This document shows, piece after piece, positions 40,411 through 52,400 of a DNA stretch of 64,000 bases. The stretch is from Podarcis bocagei (Eukaryota). The notes below the pieces were generated by a model. It was not told where the DNA came from. It searched no databases and saw nothing but the letters and a program-made list of their open reading frames with translations. Each line of letters starts with the position of its first letter. Within the stretch, counting starts at the first letter, position 1. A program made the translations under genes and the position numbers. Where the stretch lies: NCBI GenBank assembly GCA_964188305.1, contig OZ076886.1. One strand, written 5' to 3'.

Positions 40411-43400
40411 CAATTGTCTTTTTAAAAAATTGACTGCTCCTATTTCCCCACTCCCACAAATTCCCAGCTGTGACTCCAGAATGTCAAAAGGGTTTTTTGT
40501 AACCCCAACCTCCAAGACTCTTAAAATGTGCCCTATATTTTTTTAAAATAGAATGACCTTGCCCAATTTTACACTTTGGCCACATCCACTTTGAAATGTG
40601 CATTTAAAAACAAATGTGCATTTTTAAACGAATAATCTGAACTAATACAGAGACGATGCAATTTGAAATGGGATAATAATTGCATTCTGCAGAGTTGTGA
40701 AATTTTGGGATAAAAACAAGAGCCTTCTAATGATGCTATCCTTGAAGGTTCTGGATTTATTAAAGATCTGTTATCTTGCAGGGGGGAGGGTCTGAAGACT
40801 GATGGGTGCAAGCTGTGGCACATATAATATAGTGCCTCAAACAAAATCATGAACATCTTCAAAAACAGTTGAAAAGAAAGAAGATCCTCATTTTTTAAAA
40901 AACAAAACCCAGTAAAATAGTAACAATCCTGAAAATGTGTGTTCCACGGAGAATCAGAATCTCATGGGAAATCAGATAGTTCCAGTAACCAATGTTTGAG
41001 AATTATTTATTTATTTAAAGCATTTGTAATCCCATTCTGCAGCTGAAAATGATTCCAGAGCAGCTTATAGAGCAATTAAGAAACATGGGAACCCTCAGGC
41101 TTCTGATCTAAAATGCAGAACTCAAAAGGAGGAAAGGATGGAGTGAGGAGGGGGAAAGCAAGCTGAAGCAGTTCTTAAACTTACAAAATGTTCACAAGGG
41201 CCAGCTGGTGTGGAAACAGTTCAGGGAGAGGAGTCAAGAAGCTAGTCCCTCTCAATAGTCATGCTTCCCATCTCTCCGTCTGATGCACTCGGGTGGGATG
41301 ACTGCTCCCAGGATGATGGAGAAAGGCCTGGTGGAGCTGGACCTTCAACAGAGCCAGTGGAACCAATTGCTGAATTCAGATTTTATTAGCACACCATTTA
41401 CATGGTATCGAACCACTGCTTCATTAGTGGTTTTCTATAATAGTTCTCAGTTGAATGTTTGTCAACCATACTGAATTTGCTGCTTTGGTACTTGCCTTTG
41501 AGCACAAATAAATCACAGCTTTACCTACCTGACAGGAACAAGAAAGTGTACATCTGTGAATACTGTAGTGTGTTAAGATCACTTGTTTGCTTTGCTACAT
41601 GTACACTTGTTAAAAACTTACTGCCATTCAGAATCATCTATCACGGAGTCTTTTTCTTCCTTCCTGCCACAGGTAACCAAGCAAACTTCTCTAAATCCTC
41701 AGATGCTTTTGCTTTTGAAGAAGATAGTAGCAATGATGGGCTGTCCCCAGAGCAGATCAGAAGCGAGGATTCCCAGGGATCCACAGAATCAGCAGCCGGA
41801 ATCAAAATTCCAGAAGCAACGTTACCCACAATGTCAGGGACAACTCAGGTAAAACGGTATTTCTTACTTTTGGACAGATGAGACGTCCTGATACTTTGGA
41901 TTAAATTTGCAGAACCAAGCCACACCCACCTCCCACAAGCTCAATCCAGGTCAGAAAACATGCGCTTGGATTCAGCACAGTGAGTGTGCTTCCAAATCAG
42001 TCCCTCTGCTATAAACTTTTTACGTTTGTCTTCACCCCTCGTCAGCATCCAGTACTGGACAATGCGTACAAGAGCTTCTATTAGGAAAAAATGTCTGATG
42101 CCAGAGGAAGCATATTCCTCTCCTCGGGGCTGGAATAGGAACTCGTTGTGGGTAAAAAGATGCAATGCATGCCAAGATCTCTCTGAGGGCACTGTAGCCT
42201 ATGGAGGAAGCCAGCTGTAAGGTCAGCCTCTGGTGGTTACATAAAACATGGGGGTGTCCTGCAAAGGATCCTGAGCCACTGTTAACCTGAACACGACATA
42301 TTCTTGGCTTGGAGTGCCCTCCTCCATTCCGGCAGTTTTGTTACACAGTGTACTTGGCATGGGGCACCTCCATTTTCCAAGCACTTATGGCACAGAGCCC
42401 AACGATTCGTCCATTTGGTTTCCCTAATAACACTAGCCTGATAAATGCGATTGGTCTCAGCTGTGGAGAAATGCCATGGCAGGGAGTCCCGAGTCACCAG
42501 CAAAATATGCTGATTGATTATGATGGAGACTGAGAAATTGGGGGCCTCCAAGGTAGATTTTGTTGATTTCTTTTTTAAAAAAACAACATTTATTTATAGA
42601 ATGTCCGTTACAGAAGAACTTTGCATTTATCAGTTGGTGGATTGGATTTAGCTAGCTAGCCGTTTTAAGATCAAGTGATTTTAGGAGTGTAGTTCACTGC
42701 TCTCACAGCTTGTCATCCATTTCTTTTACCTACTTCAGTGTCAAGCCCATTTTATATGGAACCTTATCCCTATGGAAGACTGCCTTCTGTCGGCAATCCA
42801 TGCTATTGCTTTAACATCTACCATAGATCCTCTTGATTGCATAGAGCAGCCTTGCCCAGCCTAATACACTAAAGCTTGCTTTGAACTACAATCCCCATTG
42901 GATGTTGTGAGTTGTAGTCCAGTAACATCAGGTGGTCACTAGGTTGTTGAAGGCTGGTGCACATAGTTTCCAGGAGCATCTGATGCTGGCAAGGAAACTT
43001 CCATGTTACGCTGCTCTAAATACAGATCATGGAGAGATGCCAGTTGAAAAAAGTGATAACATGTAGTCCAGTCCTAGTGAAGGCTCCAAACAAGGTCAAG
43101 ATAACTGGTCCTGAGCAAGACTAGCATGGACCATTTCTGTAATAGTCTGTAAGCTGCCTGCATGTGGACAGGCTTCTTGAAAATGTGCATATTGATGTTT
43201 ATTAATTTCCATGTATTTATTTTGATTCTAGGATCATTCCGTTGGCTCTGAAAATGATACGGCTGATATGACATCTCTGAGGAATGGCCAGCCAGAAAGT
43301 CCTAAACAACAGAATGGGCAACAAACACCTCCTGGCACTGTTACCACATCTGCAAAGGTATGAGCCTAACCTCCCACTACGTAGGAAGAAAAATTGTTAA

Positions 43401-46400
43401 CATGGCTTATTGGCTAGACAACAGCTAGCACTCATCTGCAGTAAGGGGGGGGGCTGGTTTTAGGTGTTTGGGGAGGTGAGTTACAGTGTTGGCTTTGCTT
43501 GGAGATGGGAGTCGCTAGGAACTACCCAGACAGTACCTCCTTGTGTCACAAAACTGGGTCCATTAGAATTCTGGGGTGAAAGTACCTGCAAAAGGAGCAA
43601 GCTGAGACTTTGATGATCTGTTGAAGCCAAGCTGTTTCCAACAATAGCGCCAACAGGACCTTGTGTTAGATGGCTCATTCATCTGTCTCAGGAATTGTGG
43701 AATTCTATGAAGCTGTCATGGGCACTACAAAATACCCATTTCAGAGAGGGAAAATGGCAATACAGTGGTGCCCCGCAAGACGAATGCCTCGCAAGACGAA
43801 AGGGTTTTCCGTTTTTGCGTTGCTTCGCTAGACGAATTTCCCTATGGGCTTGCTTCGCAAGACGAAAACGTCTTGCGCTTTTTTTTTAAAGCCGCTTGAA
43901 GAGGCGCAGTTGCGACGGACCGTGCTTCGCAAGACGAAAAACATCGCAAAGACTCGCAAAACAAATTCTTTTCGTCTTGCGAGGCACCACTGTATTCAGA
44001 AATATTGCCCCAGACAACAGAAATAATATCCATGCATACTCCAAACCAAACACTGGTATATTTTAAACTACTAATTTCCATTTATATTTTGATTTTTTTT
44101 TTAAAAAAAAAGTTGCTTAACTTTTATGGATAATTTTAATGTATATTTAATATTCCATGTAAACCACTAAGTAACAGACAAACCACTTATGCACGTATCT
44201 CTTCCCAAAACATCTAGGGAAACTCTGCCCTTCAAAACAGACAAAATACTCCCTTGTCCCTCTAGGGCAACAAGAGGGCCCTCCGTCCCTTTTCTTATGA
44301 TATTTAGAGAGAAGTTGGAAGGCAAAGCACTGCCCTATAGCTTTCCTTCTTTACTCCTTTCCTATGGAGGTGGACCCAGAGGCATTCTGGGGGAAAGGGG
44401 AGTAGCTGGATGCTGCCCAAGTTAAAAATGAAAGAAATATTTAAAAGCCGTAAAGCAACGATTGGCAACATGGTGTCCTGCCCATGTTACAGACTACAAT
44501 CACCCTTGAGCACTGGTCATGCTAGCTATGGATAACGGGAGTTGTAATTCCAAACACACCTAATGTTTAAAAATGGTCACCGGGGAGGTGACCTGAGGAC
44601 TGCCCCATGATGTTGGGGGCAGCAGGCCTATCTTAAGGCTGCGTTACATGTTGAGATTTTATATTTGGGTCAGAGTATCCAAGTACAAAATACACCAGTA
44701 CTGTGACGATTGTAAAACATGCATTAGTATATTATTAGATACATATCATTTAAAAATTCTTGGAAGTGTCATCTGGGTAAGGACCAGATTGCTGCTTCAG
44801 ACTGTTTTAAAAGGAATGTGTGGCTAATAAATATATAAACATGCCCTTTACAAATGATGTGGTGCCTGTATATTTTGTTCCTTGTACTAAACTACAGAAG
44901 GTCAGATGGGAAGAAGGGATGTACAAACACGTCTCAATTGCAATATTCATTTGCACTTTCTTCTGATGTTTTCCATTCCTATGCAATTGGTTTATTTTGC
45001 AAAAGTTTGTGTGCTGTTTCATTGCCTGCTGATGTGGAAATACTTGTAATTTCAAACATATTTTTTTATGTAGCACACATTAGACACATATATCTCAGCC
45101 ATCAACAGATAACTTACAAATGAGTTACATTCCTTGTGTTTTCTGGGGGCGGGTGGGGGGGACGGACCATGTTAGTATTTTGCAGCAAAAAAACTAGTCT
45201 TCTACTTCTCGCTACCTTGATTTCACAGTTCAATATAAACTTGTCATAGAATCAGGGTTGGAAGGGACCCTGAGGGTCATCTAGTCCAACCCCCTGCAGT
45301 GCCGGAATATGCAGTGACCTTGGCATTATCAGCACCATGCTCTAACCAGCTACGCTACATGATCATCCTATCTTGCTTTCTTCACTCTGGCGTCAGGGAG
45401 GAACAGTTTAGTTGTAAGTCAAGGTAACCCCAGGAAGTGTGGTTTTCCATGTGAAAAGAATAAGGAGCAATGCATTCCGCTGGCTTTAAAATACACAAGA
45501 GGATACAGATTAAGTCTGAAATTGTAACCGTACTTGGAAGTCAGTGAGATTTACTTCTGAGTAGACATTGTTGGGATTGCAACATGTTAGTGCATATAGG
45601 TGGCCTTAGGGTGCGAACAACACTTTAGAAACAAGGACAGTAAAGAGGCACCTGTATACATGATGATGTAAATAATATATATAGCAAAGCAATTTACATA
45701 ACATGTTCATGTGGTGTGGGTTTTTTTTAAAGTTCGTTGTAGATAACTAAGGTAAATAGTTTCCACAGCGAGTGTCTCTGCCAGTGGGGATAAAATGGGC
45801 AGATTAAAGGAAATTTGCTTGATATTCTGTTTTCGGTGGATTCCTTCGACAACTCTAGTGAGAAGGGACATCTATTATGACCTCCCACAGTCTTGATACT
45901 ATCTCCACTGACTTGCAGGCTTAGAGGCCCTGGGCACGGGAGCTCGCTAAACTTTCTAACTAACTTCAGTTACTCCATGTTGCAGATAATCTTATTGAAA
46001 TTTTTATTTGTGCCCCATTTAGTCAAAACCATCTAGCGATAGCAAGAATCGCCACAAAAAGCCCAAGGAGATGAAGCCAAAAGTGAAGAAGCTTAAGTAC
46101 CACCAGTACATTCCCCCAGACCAGAAGGCGGAAAAGTCCCCTCCGCCCATGGACTCGGCCTATGCAAGGCTCCTGCAGCAGCAGCAGCTCTTCCTGCAGC
46201 TCCAGATCCTCAGCCAGCAGCAGCAGCACCGGCACCAGCAGCACTTCAACTATCCGGGGCCCCATTCCATGCAGCTGAAGTGAGTTGGTAACGGAAAGGT
46301 TTCCTAGAGTAACCTTTCCACCTTACCCAGGTTTGATTTCTTGCCGCAATCAATTTGGGGCACATTCCAGCCCATTAGTCACTTTTAAGCTCTGTTAATT

Positions 46401-49400
46401 TAAATAGGAAATTAAAGTGTGTGCTTAAGAGAGAAAGCCTCTCTCTTTTAAGTGTGGTCAACTCTTCCAAACTTCAGCAGGATTGTACCCTTCAGGACAA
46501 CAGTGGTGATGCAGTAAATTTTATTGCAGAGCAACTCAGGTTGGTCAACCCATCGCACAAGTGCTATAAAACAGGCAAAGTGTAACTCCTCAGCAATAGC
46601 TCACTTTTATTTTCAGAAAGGTGACCAAATTATACCAGCTGCTATTCAGATTTTTCAAGCTAAAGTGTCATCCCAGCTACTTTTTGGGATCCCAATATGG
46701 ACAGAAACATATAATAGTGATTTAGATAAGATACACTCCAGTTTCTTGAGATGTATCCTGGGGCTCCTAAGTTCAATCAAGTATGAGACGATGTATGCAG
46801 AACTAAGTGTACACATGATGGAATATTGGATGAAGGCTAGCACTATAAAATACTGGCTGCGTTGCCATTTTTGCTGCCAACCTTTGAGTCTGCTCTCTGA
46901 CTTGCTTAAGAACTCTTATACATCCAGATCATTCCAGCTCTTACATAGCAAAATTAGCTCTATTGGTATTGACTTGGAATCCTGGTATAATTCAAGTGAG
47001 CAATATATTTATTGCAATATTCAAACTAGATTAAGGGACATTCATTGAATCAGTTGTAAATAAAATTTGCTCCCCCAAGCTCTATGGTTTAAATACACCA
47101 GATAACAGGGTCACTTAAATCTCAAAATTAATAATTCCAGCCCAACGCAGGGCCTTTATGTGAGCCCAGCTGAACATTTCCCCCTCAGCTCTTGTCAAAG
47201 GCAGATATTTAAACATCCCCAGAAATGATAGACATTGCAGATGTTATTTGAACGTGCCAGACACTGTAGAACATATCCTTTTCTACTGTCCATTGTACAA
47301 CCAGCTATGTAAACACGTGCTATCCCCTTTTTTGGGAAGTCTAACATCATAGCACAATGAAAATATCAGATTCTATCTGTCTGACACTTACTCAGAAGTA
47401 ACTGCAAAGGTGGCTGAGATTTTCTCAATAGTATCTCTTAGAGCGGTGACTGGCACTATTTAGCAGGAAGAAATCCCAATGATAATTCTTGTAATTATAT
47501 CTTTTACATGGCTTTTATTTGTATATATGGATGTTTTATGATGGCCAGTACTTGTAATGCCTAATAAAGGTTTGGTGAAGTAAGTAAGAATACTGATATT
47601 TAAAAAGAAGAAGAAAACAAAAGGGGGGAAATGTTCTGCACTTTTATTTTTTACAGGCAACCCAATGAGCAAATGGCCAAAACCTCAAACTCTTCCCCAT
47701 CGGCAGTTGCCAACAGCCCTCTTTCCCCTGGGAAGGGAAGCTTTTCAGGGCAATCCTGCATTTCGTCTCTCAAGCCAGGTCCTCTCCCATCCAACCTGGA
47801 TGATTTAAAAGTGAGTACTGAATGCAAAAGTTGATGAAAAGTGTAAAACCTTCTGTGTGGTATATGAAACTGCATGTGTAGGCAGTGTGTTCCTCCAGCA
47901 AACACATGGTTAACTCCTGCACTTCGGTCAATATCCCAAATTAATCAAAATTCAAATATCACATAAATTGAAGCAGTCAAACACCACCATAAGATCAACA
48001 GACCAACTAGGGTCAGTGGACTGTAGAGAAGAGACCAAATTATTATTGGCCAAAGCTGACTTAGAACTAATAAAATCGGACATCGTAGCTTGTTTAAAAA
48101 CAGATGGCAGAGCCAGTTCTATTTCAATAATATTCGTTGTTTAAGAATGCAAACCATTATTTTACTAACACACTAAATTAAAACAAAATTAACACAAAGG
48201 CAACCCTGGAACAAGAAAAAACCTCAAGCATTAAAAATATCATACGTTAAGAAATCAATTGAAACCAAGTTCCCTAAGCGAACACAGGCACGTGCCAGAG
48301 GCACAAGCTCAGGCAGCTGTTGCTGAAAATATAGGCCATCCACAGGAAGCAAAGTAATGGGAAGTTCAACAAGCTCTGATGTTCTGCCTAGTCTTCACCT
48401 GGAGGACTTGCCTGTGCCCAAAGGGCTGCAGCTCCTAAGCAGGGACAGGAGAGTATCCTCAGGAGTAATGACGGTGGACTGGAAAGCTTGCCTTCTCTCT
48501 CCCCCAAGTTTCTCAAGAAACACTGCTCTGTCTATATCTAAAATGTAAGAAGGGCAGCCCAGGTTAAAACCAGCCACAAATTCATTAGGTGTAGGCAGTG
48601 CTATTTTTCTAGAAAAAGAGGTGCCAGAACTCACAATGAATGTCTCCCTTGTTCTCTTAGAGTGGCAACGGAGCTCACCTGAGAGGTGCTGAACTGAATT
48701 CCGGCTGAAAAATAAGCCCTGGGTGCAGACGTTCAGTCCCACTCCAGGCTTATTACAACTTGCATAATTTTAATTTGGACAGCATAGCACCTAAGGCAAT
48801 AGAAATAATTAGAGATGTCCAAGTAATGTTGTGCTAAGCAGCACAGGGACAAACTGACGTATCCAGTCCAATTAATAGCAGCCATTTTGGAGCCCAAACT
48901 TTACCCAGCCCAACTCTTTGTCCGTGCAAATAATCTCTGGTTTAGATTTGGGTCAGGGTCCACTGTAAGTTGAACTGCCACAAAGTTGAACTGAAAAGCA
49001 GCCTTGCCACTGACTAAACGGCTTTCATTCCAGGTGTCGGAGCTGAGGCAGCAGCTCCGAATAAGGGGCCTCCCTGTATCAGGTACAAAAACGGCCTTGA
49101 TGGAACGCCTGCGGCCCTTCCAGGAGTGCAACGGGGGTTCTGTGCCCAGCTTCAATGAGATAACCACCGTCACCTTCCCAGTGACACCAACCAACTCTCT
49201 CTCCAGCTACCAGTCGCAGTCTTCGGCCAGCCTGCTGTCCAATGGCTTTTACCACTTTGGCAGCACCAGCTCTACTCCCCCCATCTCCCCAGCTTCCTCA
49301 GACCTATCGGTGAATGGCTCCTTGCCAGACAGTTTCAACGAAGGACCAATGTCTTCCCCCCATTTTGTCCTGCACCCTTCCCCTGTGCAAGGCGGGTGTG

Positions 49401-52400
49401 AAGAAAGCCTGATGGGAAGCATGAACGGCGCTGGCATCCAGCTCGACGTGGAAAGGGTTGACACAGAGAAAGACAAGATGCTGGTGGAAAAGCAGAAGGT
49501 CATCAATGAGCTGACCTGGAAACTGCAGCAAGAGCAGAGGCAAGTGGAAGAGCTGAGGATGCAGCTGCAGAAGCGCAAAAGGAGCCACGGCTTGGACGAG
49601 AAGCAGCCCTCTCCACACTTCTTCGGCTTTCCGATCAAGCAAGAAAACCCAGCGTCCAGTTGTCCCTTTGCCTCTAAGCAAGCTCCCTTGAAAGGCCAGG
49701 CTAGCAACTCGGACACACTGAGAAACTGTGGGACACCTCAGCTGCCCCATCTTGTAAATAGCCATTGCATGGAACCGTCAGGACAGAGCGGCATACTGTC
49801 CTCCACATTCCTAAGCCCACAGTGCTCTCCCCAGCATTCTCCACTAGAGGCAGCAAAGAGTCCCCAACACATCAGCCTTCCACCCTCACCAAACAGCCAT
49901 TACCTCCTCTCTGTGTCCCCCAGCACTCAGGGAGAAGGACGCAGCAGCTCTCCACAGCCCAGCAGCCATCTTCGCACAGCTCCAGTAAGAAAGCTACTTG
50001 TTATTATTATTATTAATTTTATTATTATTATTGGGGGGTGCAGAGTTAGGGGAGGGTGTTAAAGCAGCTCCCATTCTATCCAGATTCCAAACTGCTCAGA
50101 GCTTCAAAGGCACTTTGAACTGTGCCCAGAATCAGACTGGGGGGCAGTGCAATGTTTCAAAACTGGCAGGCTGTGTTCCATGTGTCCAGGCCCAGTTTAC
50201 CTACTGTAGCTATTATTGCTTCTCAGTTGATGAAATACCAAACAGGAAAGGAGGAGTTTAATTGCCCATCTTCCAGTGATTAAAATATACATCTGTTGGT
50301 TTGCATTCAAGTTGCAGAACGGCATTTCAAGGATGGTGGCATACACATAAGCAGAGTAGGTTCAACTTTTTCAGTCATTAAGAAACTGGACACTACCCAC
50401 TCTTCCACATATACAGCTTAATTACCACCCTTGGTGTCCCTGTAACTCTCTCCTGCCCATTCAAAAGAAAGTATATCACCTAAGCCATGGGTAGGCAAAC
50501 TAAGGCCCGGGGGCCACATCCGGCCCAATCGCTTTCTAAATCTGGCCCGCGGATGATCCAGGAAACAGTGTGTTTTTACATGAGTAGAATGTGTGCTTTT
50601 ATTTAAAATGTACCTCTGGGTTATTTGTGGGGCATGGAAATTCATTCATTTTCCTCCAAAAAATATAGTCCGGCTCCCCACAAGGTCTGAGGGACAGTGG
50701 ACCGTCCCCCTGCTGAAAAAGTTGGCTCACCCCTGCCCTAAACCAGGCAGCCTTTACTGCAGTTTTCTGCTAGTGGGTGGTGGAATTCAATATTATTTCA
50801 AAATTCCTTTGCAGAACTTTGTAAGTGCCATTATCAATGGCAAAACTGTTATTACAGCAAGGGAGATGGGCTTCCGGAGCCTTGACTTTTTCTCATGCTT
50901 CCACTGGATTTGCAATGAGATCACCTCATTGACTGTTGATTTGTTCCCATATGCAAGAGGTAAATTTATGGAGGCAACTGCTGAATAGCAGTCTTGGCCC
51001 AAGTTTGGCTTGATCCCTGTGATTGATTTTGGTTCCACACAGGTGCCAGCACAAGGTAGTCAGAAGTATTCCATTCTGTCTCCTGGCTTTTGCAAGTCAA
51101 ATGCTGCCCTCCCAGATGGAAAGCAGCCACCACCCTACGCTGATGCTGTGAAACAGGTAACAGTCTGGTACTTGGTAGGCTATGCTTGGCTGCAGATAGC
51201 TTGCTTTGGTTGTTATGTACATCAAAGCCACTCGCAGATTTGAGAGTGTTGTGTGACCTATGAGTGAAAGCAGATGACTACCGACAGCCTTAAAAACTGA
51301 ATTTATTGTTGTAGAAAGAGTTATATACAGTCAATTGGATTAAAAGCAAATGCAAATTCATTCAACCTCTTATTTGTTCAGACACTGAATAAGCAGCTGA
51401 AGTGATTCAGGTGACTTCTGTTGGAAGGGCCATCTGAATTTTTAGAAGAAACAGAATGATCTCTGAATGAACTAAGTTTGCAAGCTACAGCTGAACACTT
51501 GGTTCAAAAAAGTACACACAAGAGCACTGCAGGATGGCCCCTAAAGAGGTAATTGCAGTGGGTCACACAAAGTTTGTGTGGGTTAACAGGAGCAAACATA
51601 AGCATACTTACTAGGAAGTAAGTACCAATGAATGTGGTGGGATTTTATTCTAAGTAACATTAGTTACAGGTTGAACATCTGAGTGAAGGAGGGAGTTTTC
51701 ATTCCACTTTGGGAGGGCTATTGATCTTGCTTCTCTGAGGCTTTTATGAACTAGAACGGTATTAATTGTAATACATAACAGCCTACTATACGCACAAAAA
51801 ACTGCTCAAGTATTGTAGGAGACCTGTTTCAACTAGTTACTAGGAATCATTGTTTATTTAGCATGCCTGTCAAGGAGATTCTATCATTCTTATATGTCTG
51901 AGGCTTCAGCTTTCTTTTGAAAGCATCTCTCTCTATCCATCAAAGCTGATTTTTCTAGTATAGTAGTGTGTGGCTCCAGTACCAACTTCCTAACATCCCT
52001 TGCTTTTTTCTTGTTGCAGCAGATGACCCGAAGCCAGCAAATGGATGAACTGTTGGATGTGCTTATTGAAACTGGAGGTAGGTGATATCCCTAAGGCAAG
52101 ACTGTTGGTTCTGGTCAAAGCAAGTATGAGAGAAGTCTCTGGCTGCCCAAAGAGGGTGCACTGTGATCGCTGTGTCTGCACTAACCCCTAGCCCCAATGC
52201 TTTTCATTGACTGAAGGGTGGTACCCAAAATGGCAATTTCAGAGAATTTCCCCTAGTCATAAGGTAAAGGTAAATGGACCCCTGACCATTTGGTCCAGTC
52301 ATGGCCGACTCTGGGGTTGCGGCGCTCACCTCGCTTTATTGGCCGAGGGAGCCGGCGTACAGCTTCCGGGTCATGTGGCCAGTATGACTAAGCCGCTTCT

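Noticed and set aside
43763-43992. CRISPR-like regularly spaced repeats
   Set aside because: 12-bp motifs inside a TIR/TA-flanked MITE in a eukaryotic genome
46524-47048. 174-aa ORF as a nested gene
   Set aside because: LINE ORF2 remnant with downstream stops
47900-48900. Compositionally distinct intron 9 block with a 115-aa minus-strand ORF
   Set aside because: No recognisable domain, termini or TSD; cannot classify
49249-49765. Antisense ORFs of 153-155 aa, and 53807-54244
   Set aside because: Shadow frames of GC3-rich MYOCD exons
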